From Dipteris shenzhenensis (Eukaryota): a DNA stretch of 64,000 bases. The stretch lies in assembly GCA_047967505.1 (NCBI GenBank), contig CM106538.1. The stretch is one strand, 5' to 3'. This document shows, piece by piece, positions 1 to 13,147 of this stretch (position 1 is its first letter; each line of letters starts with the position of its first letter). Position numbers and translations under genes: made by a program. Under the pieces are notes generated by a model. It was not told the DNA's origin and did not search any database. It saw nothing but the letters and a program-made list of their open reading frames with translations.

Positions 1-262
1 TTGGATGCAATTTCCCTGAAGAAATTAGGGCTTTTAGCATCCTGATGCAATTTGGCAGTGTACAAGCATTTTGGGCCTGTTGTCGACAATTTTGAGAGCA
101 TTTGCAGGATAATTGAAGTGCATTCTGAGCCTTTGATAGGCTGTGACAGTATTTGTCACTGTGGACAGATTTTTCTTTGCAGATTTTACTTGTGCATTTT
201 ACATCCCAAGAAGGGATTTTACTTGGTCAGTTTGCTGTATTTTTTGAGATTATCTGGTGAAA

Positions 263-1267
263 ATGGCTCAGAACAACCCCAAGGAGGTGTAGTTCTCACA
301 CGGGAGGAAGTTGGATGGCACTAGCTACTCCTTGTGGAGTTTAATGGTTCGCAATATCTTGGTTGGCAGACATCTTTGGGATTATGTCAGTGGAGATGAA
401 GCAAGACCAGATACAGCGACTACACTTGTCACTCCTACAACTGGAGGCAGGGGTAGAGGTGCAAATGCAACACAAGTAGTTGGAGCAGCCGCTCCAAGAG
501 CTCCCATAACAGAGCAGAAAAGATGGGACTCTAGAGATGCACAAGCTCTTTCAGTAATTTCTCTTTCTGTTAAGAGGTTCATTATACCTCATATTCGGTC
601 ATGCAAGACATCTATGGCAGCTTGGGAGATACTAGAGAGTATGTTTGCAGCAAGAAATGATGCCAGGGTTTCCTTTCTGAAGCGAGAACATTCACATACG
701 CATATGGAGGAGGGAGATTACATGAATTCTCACCTCACAAAGCTTCAAGACTTGAGGGAACAATTGCTGAATATTGATGGAGTCATTCTAGATGCAGAGA
801 TAGTCACCACCACTCTAAAAACTCTTCCTGAGTCCTATCTCAGTTTCCACACCTCGTTGAATTTGTCATTGAGGGGAGGCAGCAATCCTCTCTCTTTTCA
901 CGAGTTGGTAGGACTTCTGTTGCAGGAGGATCAAGACTCGCAAAAATATGGCAACCGGGCTGGCGAGCATGCTATGCTCTCCAAGTTCAAGCCCAAGGGT
1001 AAAGGGCAGCAAAAGCCACAAGCCAATCAGCCCACACATCAGCATAAAGCTGATTCTAGACAGCCTTCTTATAAGGCAAAGGGTGATACAAAAAAACAGA
1101 AAAAGAAGGGCATCTATCATTATTGCAAGAAGCTAGGTCATTATATTGGAGAGTGTAAGAAGCGCATAGCCAAAGAGAAGAAAAGGGATTCCGGTATGGC
1201 TATGTCAGATGCATCAATTCCACATTCTCATGATGGGGTAGATGTTGCAGCCAACTTTGTGGAATAG
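263..1267 (+). pseudogene. gag: copia Gag with degenerate zinc knuckle; in-frame stop at 290-292
   Basis: ATG at 263 is in frame with ORF 311-1267 (KLDGTSYSLW ... YHYCKKLGHYIGEC). Similar to the Gag starting at 63546. Confidence 0.85.
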
Positions 1268-4200
1268 CACTATGCCTTTCTATCTTGCACTTCAGATTTT
1301 TCAGTGGGTAGTTCAGATGCTACAACAACTAATGATGACCCATATGCTTTCTTGACTTGCAGTTATGATCCTTTAAAGGATGCATGCTCTCTTAGTGTCG
1401 ATGAGACACTTCATACTTGGTATTTTGACAGTGGTGCTTCAAAGAACATCACTTCCAAGAAGAGTCTGTTTGTATCTCTGCATCCTCCACCCACCAAAAA
1501 GAAGGTGACTTGTGCCAATAATTCTTCTTATTCAATGTGCGGAGTGAGAGACATTATTCTCCCATCCACTGATGGCACAGATTTCAGAATTTCACATGTT
1601 CTCTATGTGCCAGGGATAAAGAAGAATTTGCTTTCAGTGTCCTCACTTAATAGAGAAGGATTTCAGGTTGCTTTTTATGATGACAAGTGTGCAGTCAGAG
1701 ACAAAGAGAATCACTATGCTTTGATGTTGTCTAGCACTTTGTATCGGGGTCTTTTTCGGCTTGATCTATATGAAAAAAGATCCGATCTTGCATTATCAGT
1801 TAGCACTCCCACTGTTGCGATGCAAAATGCGGAGTTATGGCATGCCAAGTATGGGCACATGAGCTATGGCAGCTTAATGACACTTCAAAGGCATGATATG
1901 GTTGATGCATTGTCTCCTTTGGAGTCGCCTCCTCCTCATCCATGTGAAGGTTGCATCCTTGGCAAGATGTATAGACTTCCCTTCAAGAAGGACGGTGCAA
2001 TGAAAACTACACGGAAATTACAGCTTATTCACAGTGATGTCTACGGTCCCATGAAGACACCTGCTTTTGGGGGTTGTCTGTATTTTCTTACATTCATAGA
2101 TGACTTTACCAACTACACTTGGGTCTATGGTCTCAAGGCAAAATCAGAATTGTTTATGCATTTCAAACACTTTGTGGCTATGGTTGAGAATGAGATAGGA
2201 CTCAAGGTGCAAACACTTCGCACAGATCGAGGGAGGGAGTATATGTCTCATGAATTTAAGACATTTTTAAAAGAGAAAGGCATTACGCATCAGCTTACAG
2301 GGAGGCTTACACCTCAACAAAATGACAAAGCTGAGCGGAAGAATCGCACTGCCATGGAGATGGATAGATGCATGCTCACAAGTAAGAAGTTGCCTCACAG
2401 GTTTTGGCTTGAAGGCCTCATGTGTGCCAACTATATTTTGAATCGGGCTCCTACAAAGGCTTTGAAGACAATCACTCCCTATAAGGCATGGCATGGGAGA
2501 AAGCCTTCAGTGGACCATTTCAGAGTTTTTGGTTGTGTTGCATATGCCCACGTGCCTGTGGAGTTTAGACACAAGTTGGCAAATAAGGCACTCAAATGCA
2601 TGTTTGTGGGATATAGTTCACAAAGCAAAGGCTATCATCTCTAGAACCCTACTACACGCAAGATTTTTGTTAGTAGAGATGTTATATTCTCTGAAAATTC
2701 AGCACATACACATGTTGAATTTCAGATTCTAGCTTCTTCACATGATGTGTTTGAGGGGATGCTTCGTATCGCATTTGGTTCCCCCACTGAAAGTCAGAAT
2801 TTACAGCAACCTCCTCCAGGTCCACATGCCCCGATCCAGCCACCGTCACCACCTCAGGGTGTAGATTAAGTTATCAAGCAAGAAATTCAAGAGATACACA
2901 CAGCCAAAACAGTCCCGAATTGGTTGCTTCAAACTCTCAGGGAGAGTAGGCTTGAGGCTCCATTGCCTGGTAGGACTCGTAGTGCAATAAGGCACACAGG
3001 GGAGGCTCTTTCAGTTGAGACAGCTTATGCAGGGACTCTTCTTGATGAAGAGGAGCCTGACTCTTTTGAAGAAGCACAGGATAATGTGCATTGGATGCAG
3101 GCCATGCACAATGAGTTGTAGTCCATAGAGAAAAAGCAGACTTGGGCTGTTGTGGATTTGCCACCAAGTAAGCATGCCATCAGTACAAAATGGGTTTCCA
3201 AGGTCAAACGAAACCCCGATGGGTCCATTGACAGGTACAAAGCAAGGCTGGTTGCCAAAGGATATGCTCAGAAAAAGGGCATTGATTATGAGGAGACATT
3301 TGCTCCTACATCCAGAATGACAACCATCAGAACTGTTATTGGCATGGCTGCACACTTGGATTGGAAAGTCCATCGGTTGGACATAAAAACAGCATTTTTA
3401 AATGGAGACTTGTTGGAAGAGGTGTACGTGAAACCACCTCCAGGCTTTGCGGTATCAAATGATGCACGTAAGGTATGCAAGCTGAATAAAGCTTTATATG
3501 GGCTGAAACAGGCTCCCCGTGCTTGGGATGCAAAGATAGATGCCTTTCTATCCAGCAAGGGTTTCAGCAATAGTCCAACTGAAAGCACCCTCTACATCAA
3601 GAAGGATGGGGGGGAAATCTTGGTCATCATTCTTTATGTAGATGATCTACTGCTCACAGGGCCGAATGGTGATAAAATTGCAGATTTCAAGGCTGAATTG
3701 AGAGCCACTTTTGACGTGTCACTTTTGACGTGTCAAATTTGGGCAGGTTACATTATTATTTGGGGATCCAATTCATTCAAGAGAGAAGTGGTATCATTAT
3801 GTCTCAATCCAAGTATGTTCAAAAACTCTTGGATAGATTCAGGATGCAAGATTCCAAGCCTATAGCTACTCCCATGGAGCTAGGGCTGAGGCTTACAATG
3901 TATGATGCAGGAGAATCTGTAGATGCCACACTCTACAGGCAGGCGGTTGGATGCCTCATATATCTATGCAATACACGACCCGATATAAGCAGGTATATGC
4001 ACAGCCCAAAGACAACACATTGGCAAGCTGTAAAACGCATCTTCTGTTACTTGCAAGGCACAAAGTCTTATGGCTTGATGTTTCCCAAGGGGGGTGACTT
4101 GCAGATGCGTATTACAGTGATTTTGATTGCGTTGGAGACTATGACACTAGGCAGTTCACAAGTGGTAATTGTTTCTTTTTGGGCAAAGCTTGCATTTCTT

Positions 4201-4594
4201 GGCTGAGCAAGAAGCAATCTACTGTGGCTACTTCCTCATGTGAAGCTCAGTACAAGGCAGCTTTCACAGCGACAATTGAATGTGTTGGCTGCATCGTTTG
4301 CTTGCTGATCTTCATCTTTCATTGGAGGGTCCTTCTCCGATTCTCACTGATAGTCAGAGTGCTATAGCAATGGCAAAGAATCCTGTGTTTCATGCTCGCA
4401 CGAAGCACATTAAGATTCACTATCACTATGTCAGAGAGAAGTTGCATGCAGGAGAGATTAGTATGATCTATGTGTCAACACATGACAATGTTGTAGACAT
4501 CTTCACCAAAGCACTTCCACATGAGAAGTTTGAGGCATTTCGCAGTGCCCTAAACTTCTCTCCTTTTGGTGATCAATCATTTCCTTATACATGA
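1268..4594 (+). pseudogene. pol: copia Pol (PR-IN-RT-RH) broken by stops and frameshifts
   Basis: ORF pieces 1304-2644, 2924-3121, 3152-3865, 3730-4206 and 4280-4594 carry KARLVAKG, LYGLKQAPRAW, YVDD and HARTKHI motifs. Confidence 0.92.
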
Positions 4595-4613
4595 CATTGG
4601 CACTGCAGGGGGG

Positions 4614-4979
4614 TGTTAGAATTATTGATAAATTCTAGGCAGTGACCAATGTAAAGTCAATAAGTGGGTTAGGGGCACTTTTTTCTCATTTAGAGGTTTT
4701 TTCCCCTAACCACAGTTAGTTCACTAACTACGGTTAGTGAAGGATAAGGTTTGTGAGGGATATCCCCCTTTGTATTCTTCTAACTCTATTCTATTGCACA
4801 TTCGACGTTCCTCTCACTCTCTCAGGTTTCCTGCTCTCCCTCTCCCATTTTCTATCACCATCCCTGTTCAAGCCTGGGGCTCGGCCCAGGACCAGAGTCA
4901 TTGCTAGGAGACCGAGACGGGCAGCACCCACAGATAGTCACCGCTCCATCGATGGCTACATATTAGTATCCCCCTAACA
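4614..4979 (+). repeat. 3' LTR of copia A (366 bp)
   Basis: Directly follows the PPT; inverted termini TGTTAG/CTAACA. Confidence 0.8.
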
Positions 4980-5232
4980 CACATATACTTCTGTGGGGCG
5001 GCTTGCATGGACCAGTGCCAACTAGCCCTGATGGTGGCTGACTCGAGTAAGAGGATGATGATGATGCTGATGACGATGATGATGATGTCACTACTAATGA
5101 TATGACTATGTTAGCACTTAGCATTTAGCATGGGTGTTGATGCTTGTTTAGTAGCTCCACCCTTTCTGCTTGATTTGTATCAGCTTTCTATCAATTTCAT
5201 AGACCCATCGGTCTTCCGAAGACTTTAATAAA

Positions 5233-5251
5233 CTCTCTCTCTCTCTCTCTC

Positions 5252-5292
<41 letters not shown>
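5233..5292. repeat. (CT)n microsatellite, probably the tail of an upstream LINE 3' remnant
   Basis: About 30 CT units. Preceded by the motif CATAGACCCATCGGTCTTCC...TTAATA, which recurs at LINE 3' ends near 17466 and 18500. Confidence 0.9.
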
Positions 5293-5295
<3 letters not shown>

Positions 5296-5878
5296 CCCCC
5301 CGCCCAGCCCTACGGGCTGTCTCTCCCCCTCCGCCTACCTTCTCCTAGCCCCGCAGGCTCTCCAAGATCTCGTGCAGGCTGTGTGCTATCCCACCGGGCC
5401 TTCAATACCTTCGACTATTGCGGGATCAATCACAGCTCCCGTGTGGGCTCCCTGCTGCTGCATGACTAATTCCAGGCCACAGGGCCACCTGTTTCGCCAC
5501 CCCCGCCATCTGCTATGCCTCATCGCACCACCCCCGACCTCTGTTAGATACAGCTATGCAGGCCACAAGGGCCTGCGCAAACCGCACGGGCTACTAGGCC
5601 CCCCATACCCAATGCTTAAGCTCAAGCCGCTCCAGGCCCACCAACGCCAAGGGGGGCTGCCACCAAAACAGGGTTCACAGGCCCCCTTACAGCCATCAAA
5701 ACAGGGTCCATGCCTCGACTCCAGCCCTATACCTCTGCTCCAACAAGCTCCTGACCTGCAAAAAATCAAGAATCAAATCAAGAAAGACTGTTATGGCCAG
5801 CCCTTAGGTGGTGGGCAATCCAAAGAGCAGGAAAAAAGCAGGAAAAATCAGTAAAAAATCAAAGAAAGGGGAGAGGCC

Positions 5879-7250
5879 ATGGAAAGCTCACCCGATCAGA
5901 AAACTAGAGGGGATAAGGGCAGAAAATACAGCGTAATTTGGACCAAAGGGTAGAAAGTAGAAGATGGGAATGTCAAAGTATGCCTACAAAAGAAACTGGA
6001 AGAATACAAGAAGGATGAGCTTTCAAACATACGTGCTCAGATGAATGATGCCATGAAGGGATGGCAAGAAGAAATGCATGCAAAATGGGCAAAAGAAATT
6101 GGGAAAATGCAGATGGATATGAAGCGGGAAATGGATGTGAAGAACAGTTTTCTTACATCCAAGATAGAGAGCTTGGAAGCTCAAGTGACTAGTCTTCAAG
6201 ACAAGAATGCAAAATAGAAAGCAAACACACACGGAGATGAAGGGGAGCTTCAACCATCCCTACACGAGGAGCTGAATATCATTAAGGAACAAATGAAGCA
6301 GATCAAAGGGGCAAAGGGGACGTCAGAAGAAGGATGCAGGATCGTAAATGAACTGAAATCTGAGAATGAAAAACTCAGAAAAGACTGGCATTCTTGCAAG
6401 ACACTATGAAGGGTAAACGTGCTGAATTCACCCAGAAAATCAAGAAAGGAGAGGCTGCAATTTTAGAATGGAGCGACGTGGTCAAGAAAGGCACTGCTGT
6501 CCCGAAGAAAGAGTTCATTTCAAATGCTCTAGAGGAGGATAAAAGGAGAAACAGTAAAGCTCTAAATGTCTTAGTCTGAGGCCTCACAATAGGAGATACC
6601 CCTATGGCAGATGCAAATGCTTTGTTCACCAAAATGGGTGTGAACCTGACATGTGAGACAACTTGGAGAGTTGGTAAGCCCGATGCACCCACAAGGCCAC
6701 TTGTGATGAAGCTACGAACAGCCATGGATAGGAAGACCCTCATGAGCACAAGGGTGACCTTGAAAGGAACCGACCCAAAAAATCAAGAAAGTAGAGGCTG
6801 CAATTTTAGAATGGAGCAACGTGGTCAAGAAAGGCACTGCTGTCCCGAAGAAAGAGTTCATTTCAGATGCTCTAGAGGAGGATAAAAGGAGAAACGGTAA
6901 AGCCCTAAATGTCTTAGTCCGAGGCCTCACAGTAGGAGATACCCCTATGGCAGATGCAAATGCTTTGTTCACCAAAATGGGTGTGAACCTGACATGTGAG
7001 ACAGCTTGGAGAGTTGGTAAGCCCGATGCACCCACAAGGCCACTTGTGATGAAGCTACGAACAGCCATGGATAGGAAGACCCTCATGAGCACAAGGGTGA
7101 CCTTGAAAGGAACCCGGATCTACCTAGACGATGACCTCACCCTCCTATAGCAGGAACACCGGAGGGAAGGTATGGTACACGTCATGGCAGCAAGAGAAGC
7201 AGAGAAATGGGCTGTGCATACAGAGATGGTAGAGTAATCATCTGAGAGAG
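5879..7250 (+). pseudogene. LINE ORF1 (coiled coil plus RRM-like region), with internal 343-bp tandem duplication
   Basis: Motifs ALNVLVRGL ... RPLVMKLR ... IYLDDDLT. 6430-6772 is repeated at 6773-7115. Confidence 0.7.
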
Positions 7251-7797
7251 AGGAGATCAGGACCGGGGGGAGAAGGAAGAGAAGGAAGAGAAAGAGGAGG
7301 GTGAATTATGACGGTGCCGGACCAGAGGGACACAAAGTGGACTGAGAATTGCAGTGTGGAATTGCAATGGCAGACTCTGGTTTGATCCGGGTGGTTTCTC
7401 GAAGACATACACTGACAAAGAAATGGTCTTCTACACTCAGACACATGAGAGCCGAGAGATGATTGCCCACCGTGACACGATGTACATGGGAGTCATCTCA
7501 TAGGAAGGAGACGAGGAGAGACACTAGTGTGCGGGGTTCAGGGGGAGTGGCTATCCTCTTTAGATCACATATGAGACCTCTCATATCAGTGGCACGGAGA
7601 GAGAAGCATGCACGACACATGTGGATACGAGTCTAGCTACCAAACACACGACCGATTCTTATAGCAGTGTGCTATTTCCCCCAGATATCTCATCCTATGC
7701 ACGTGAGGTCACCACAAAAGGGCACAATCCATATGAGTCGATTCAGGATAATATCACCAAATTCTCTAGGGAGGGGAACATCCTTCTTCTTGGTGAC

Positions 7798-10700
7798 TGT
7801 TAAATTACACGGCGTAGCGGAACAGAAACTGAACAAAGAATAGAGAGTACACAGCAAACTAGAGACGAACAAAATTTTTCTTCAATACTGATGTAGTACA
7901 GATGATGGCTCCGTCCACCTGTGCGCTCCCACAATGGAGCTTAGATGGCGATCTAGACAGATACTAGGTAAAGAGCTACTAGCTGAAAGATCTCTGCTAG
8001 AAGATCTGATCTGATACAATAGACTGGGAAGGTCGCCTCTTTATAGCTATGAGGGCGATAGTCGGATCAACGTAGTCGGTGGAGCCGACCAGTCAACCTA
8101 GTCAGTGGAGCCGACTAGTCGTCCATGGAATATTCGAAGAATATTCCCTATACCTTCACTAGCGAGAGCAAGGGACTCCCACACAATCAAAACAATGTGC
8201 CTCGTTGTGCTACCAACTTACCTACCCTGCCTAGCCCATAGGCTAGACTCACATAGATCACCTTTCTACCATCAACGGTCTCATTGATAGACCTCATCTG
8301 ACATGCAAGTCAGCATCCATCCAGTGTCTCGAGCTTACACATGGCTTCTCCTCATATGGGGACCTTACAACTTGAGCACCTTGGACTACTGGTGGTTACC
8401 AAGAGAGTGGGGCATTAAGCATATCTAACACCCCCCCTTAATGTCCACTCATAGGTGAACTACCTTCTCGGCCCAACGCCGAGTCTTTGAAGATGACCCT
8501 GAAGCTGATCCTTCTCAAGTGCCTTGGTGAAGATATCTGCTCCATTTTGTTCTGTTGGATAGTAGACCAATTCCACTATCTCGTCCTCGATCAAATCACG
8601 CACATAATGATATTGAATCTCTATATGTTTTGTGCGCGCATGAAACTGAATTTCTAGCAATAGCCATGCAACTTTGATTGTCGCACCTCAGCACAGTTGC
8701 CTCATCCTTTTACACTACCATGTGTCATACGATCCTCCTAAGCCACACTACTTCACATGCAACAAAACATGCTGCCTTGTACTCAACCTCGATAGAGGAC
8801 AATGCCACTCTTGGTTGTTTCTTACCAATCCAAGAGAAGATACCTGAACCTAAAGAGAAACAATATCCAGAAACTGATTTCCTAGAATCAACATCTCCAG
8901 CCCAATCTGAGTCACAATGACCAGCCAAGGAAGTGTCCGTACCATAGATGATGCCATAATCAAGAGAGCCCTTCACATACCTGAGCACCCGCATCCCTGC
9001 ATTCCAATGATTCTCCAGGGGCTTATTGGAGAACCTGCTCAAAACGCCAACAACAAAACTGATGTCCGCTCTAGTGTTGCCGATAGATGAGACTGCTAAC
9101 CAACTTTCTGTACCTCCCAATGTCCTGCTGGTGATGAGGCATCCTCCATAGACAACCTCGCATTTACCTCCATAGGTGTAGCTATCTCCTTGCACTTGGA
9201 CATACCAAATGCCTTCAAGATCTCCCTTGCATATTTCTGCTGCGAGATGAAGATCTTGCCTAGCTCTTACCAAACTTCAATCCCCAAACAGAAGTGCATC
9301 AAGCCTAAGTTTGTCATCTCAAACTCACTGCTCAATGCCTTTCTAGTCTGCTAGATCATGTCTTCACAGTCACCTGTAATAAGGAGATCATCCACATATA
9401 GAACAATAATAGCATATTTTTACCTTTCCTATACACATACAAGTTAGCATCTGAGATACATCTTTTGAAGTTTAATTTATGAAAGAATTTGTCTATCCGT
9501 TGATACTATGCTCTTGGGACCTGTTTCAACCCGTACAACGCCTTCTTCAGCTTGCATACCTTGTTCTCAGAATGGGGGGCCTCAAACCCTGGTGGCTGAG
9601 CCACGTACACCTCCTCCTTGAGGTCACCATTCAAGAATACTGATTTAACATCCATTTGATAAACTGGCCACTTTTTATGAGCAGCCACCAATAGTCCTGT
9701 GTGAATAGTGGCCATTCTCGCAGTCGAAGCAAAAGATTCCTGAAAATCAAACCTTCAACCTGCGAAAATCCTTGTGCAACCAATTTGGCATTGTACTTTT
9801 TCAAAGTCCCATCAGCCTTGTACTTTACCTTCCAAACCCACTTGGTGCCAATAACCCTTCTGTTAGGTAGTCGATCTACCAGCTCCCAAGTTTCATTCTT
9901 CATGATGCTGTCATATTCTACTTGCATAGCGTTTTTTCAATCTCGATCTACAAGTGCTTCCTCCAAACTCGCAAACTCCTTTACTTCTGCAAAAATCTCA
10001 GCCATCAAGGCCATATTGACTATGTATGCAGAAGTTCTCCTTTACTCCTCTATTCTCTGAGACCGCCTTGGTCCATCTGCATGCTGCTCAACAAACATAG
10101 GCATCTGGTTATCATGGTCGTAGAGCTACCTTACCCATCACGGCAATGGCTTTTCCACTGGTGTAACAGGTTGGTGACTTATACCTTCATCATCTGATAT
10201 TTCCTCCTCCTTTATAGCTGCTAGGACAAGTCCATAGTGAATTACCTCTTCGCTTGATGATAAAGTAAAAGAGCTCTTCTCTGTCTCCACTGCATGTGGC
10301 TGCCTCTCAACACCACATCGCGGCTTGCTATTATCTTCTTTGCCTCTCGATCACGCAACTTATAGGCTTTCTTCTCATCACAATAACCTAAGAAGATACA
10401 TTTGGTGCTTTTTGGTTGTAGCTTGTTTCTCTCTTTGTCCGGTACATGCGCATAGCATTCATACCCAAATGTTTGAAAGTAGGAGACAGATGGCTTCTTA
10501 CCGCTGTAAGCCTCATGTGGTGTTTTACCTTTGAGTGCCTTTGTATAGCTGCAATAAAGGATGTAAACCGCAGTATTGACACCCTCAACCCAAAAGTGGT
10601 TTGACAGTCCAACACCTTTCAACATACACCTCCCCATCTCCACGGCGGTCTGCATTCGGCGTTCAACAACAGAATTTTGCTAAGGGGTATGTGATGTCGT

Positions 10701-13147
10701 CGTTTGTTGCTTGATCCCTTTGCTCTTGCAAAAATCTCCAAACTCTGTAGAAACAATCTTACCACCACCATCGGATCTGATTTTCTTCACTTTTCTCCAT
10801 GTTTCATTTTCAACAAGCTGTAGCCATTCTTTCAATTTACCAAAAGCTTGAGCCTTTTCGCGAAGAAAGTATACCCACATCTTCCTACTATAGTCATCGA
10901 TCATCAATAAAAAATAGGAAGATCCTCCCAAGGCCTGTGTAGGCATCTTACCGCACAATTCAACATGCAACAACTCTAGAGGAGCGTTTGCTCTATTCTT
11001 CTTGTGAGAATGCCTTGCTCTGTTGCTTGCCCATCATGCAAGCTTCACATGGTTCTTTGATATATGCTACTGCAAATAAGTGAGCAACCATACCTTGCTT
11101 CTGCATCTCCTTCAACACTGCAAATCCGATGTAGCCGAATCTTTCGTGCCAAAGTCTGCTTATGCCCACTCCAGCGGTAGCTGTAAGAGCACTTAGCTCA
11201 TACAGATTGTTCCTCCTTACTCCTGCACCAACAAGATTTCCAGCACTATCCAAAATTTTTGCTCATGTCTTGTTGAACCTCACCTCATGGTCAAGGTCAG
11301 TTATGGAAGCGACTGATAGCAGATTTCTCTTGATTTATGAAACATAGAGCACATTAGATAGTTTCTTAACATCTCCATTTACGGAAACAAATGGAACCGT
11401 ACATGTACCCTCAACATGGCATTTTGTGTTATTTCCAACCATCACGGTAATGGGTTCCTGTAGAGGCTGTGAAACATACAGCACATTAGATAGTTTCTTA
11501 ACATCTCCATTTACAGAAACAAATGGAACCGTACATGTACCCTCAACAGGGCATTTTGTGTTATTTCCAACCATCATGATGATGGGTTCCTGTAGAGGCT
11601 GCAAGGAACAATATAGACCCTTCTTGCTTTTTTCACCATTAGTAGAGGACTCACCTTTGGTGGAGGAACCACCTTTGCCTTTCGCAATGGCAAAGAACGC
11701 AGCATCCCCATTGCCACCTCCATCTCGAGCTTTAAGCCTCAATTCCTCCATAACTAAAGCACAAAACTCCTCAAATGTCAATGGTTGGGGTCTCACCTAA
11801 GTGTTAAGCGTTGTTACTCCATCAAACCTTGGTGGACATATCCGGAGACACCACCGAGCTAGCTCTTTGCTAGTCTTTTATATCCTAGCACCAGCCATCT
11901 CGTCACGCAGATTTTTTATTCAGGTTATGAACACCTCCGCTGTCTCTCCTTCATTAAACTTCTCAGCTGCGAGCTGATTCTCTAGGTTCTAGATCCTTGT
12001 CTGATTCCGTGTCTCATACTGACTCTTCAGTATATTCCAGGCCACAAATGCCTTAGATGTATGCTGAATCAAGGTCAAAACTATCAGTAGTACTTGTAAC
12101 CAAGACACACAGAGCATCTGCGTTCTTGCGTTTCTAAGCTTGTAGAAGGTCGGCATTAGGAAGTATCATTCTTCTCGGATTTGCTGGGTCGGGGGTTTCT
12201 TGTGGTTCTGGGTCAATCTCCAGTACTGCTCCAAAAGCTCATATGAATCCAGAATAGCAGTAATTTTAAACTTCCACAGAGTGTAGTTCGTACCATCTAG
12301 CTTGCCTTCAATGAAGGCTCGTGTGCGAATTCTCAACGCCTGGATTATTGGTGCAGCTGCTGAACTCGAGCCGCTTCCTAATGCCATCACTCCGTATGCT
12401 ATTGAAGCCCTCGCTTATCTTCTACTCTTCGATCCTTAGAGCCGCCTGAGCTCTGATACCATGTTAAATTACTCTACTCTTCGATCCTTAGAGCCGCTTG
12501 GGCTCTGATACCATGTTAAATTACACAGCGCAGCGAAACAAAAACTGAACAAAGAATAGAGAGTACACAGCAAATTGGTGACGAACAAAATTTTCCTTCA
12601 ATACTGATGTAGTACAGATGATGGCTCCGTCCACCCATGCGCTCCCACAATGGAGCTTAGATGGCGATCTAGACAGATACTAGGTGAAGAGCTACTAGCT
12701 GAAAGATCTCTATTGGAAGATCTCATCTGATATAATAGACTGGGAAGGTCGCCTCTTTATAGCTATGAGGACAGTAGTCGGATCAACGTAGTCGGTGGAG
12801 CCAACCAGTCAACCTAGTCGGTGGAACCGACTAGTCGTCCATGGAATATTCAAGAAATATTCCCTATACCTTCGCCAACGAGAGCAAGGGGGCTCCCACA
12901 CAATCAAGACAATGTGTCTCATTGTGCTACCAGCTTACCTACCCTGCCTAGCCCACAGGCTAGACTCACATAGATCACCTTTCTACCATCAACGGTCTCA
13001 TTGATAGACCTCATCTAACATGCAAGTCAGGATCCATCCAGTGTCTCGAGCTCACACATGGCTTCTCCTCATATGGGGGCCTTACAACTTGAGCACCTTG
13101 GACCACTGGTGGTTACCAGGAGGGTGGGCCATTCAGCATATCTAACA
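7798..13147 (-). mobile_element. Full-length degenerate Ty1/copia element B with GTGAC target-site duplication
   Basis: LTRs 7798-8430 and 12514-13147; TSD GTGAC at 7793-7797 and 13148-13152; PBS TGGTATCAGAGC (tRNA-iMet) at 12502-12513; PPT at 8431-8438; gag-pol remnants on the minus strand. Confidence 0.97.
8460..12390 (-). pseudogene. pol: copia gag-pol remnants
   Basis: KLDGTNYTLWKF, integrase [18 protein letters not shown], RNase H CDSDWAGD and HARTKHIE. Many stops; a 132-bp duplication at about 11338-11600. Confidence 0.92.

Larger units (their letters stand above)
1..4979 (+). mobile_element. Ty1/copia LTR retrotransposon A (5' LTR outside window; degenerate)
   Basis: Domain order gag, protease (WYFDSGAS), integrase (HSDVYGP, RTDRGREY), RT (YVDD), RNase H. 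A PPT (GCAGGGGGG) precedes an LTR at 4614-4979 with TGTTAG...CTAACA ends. Confidence 0.93.
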
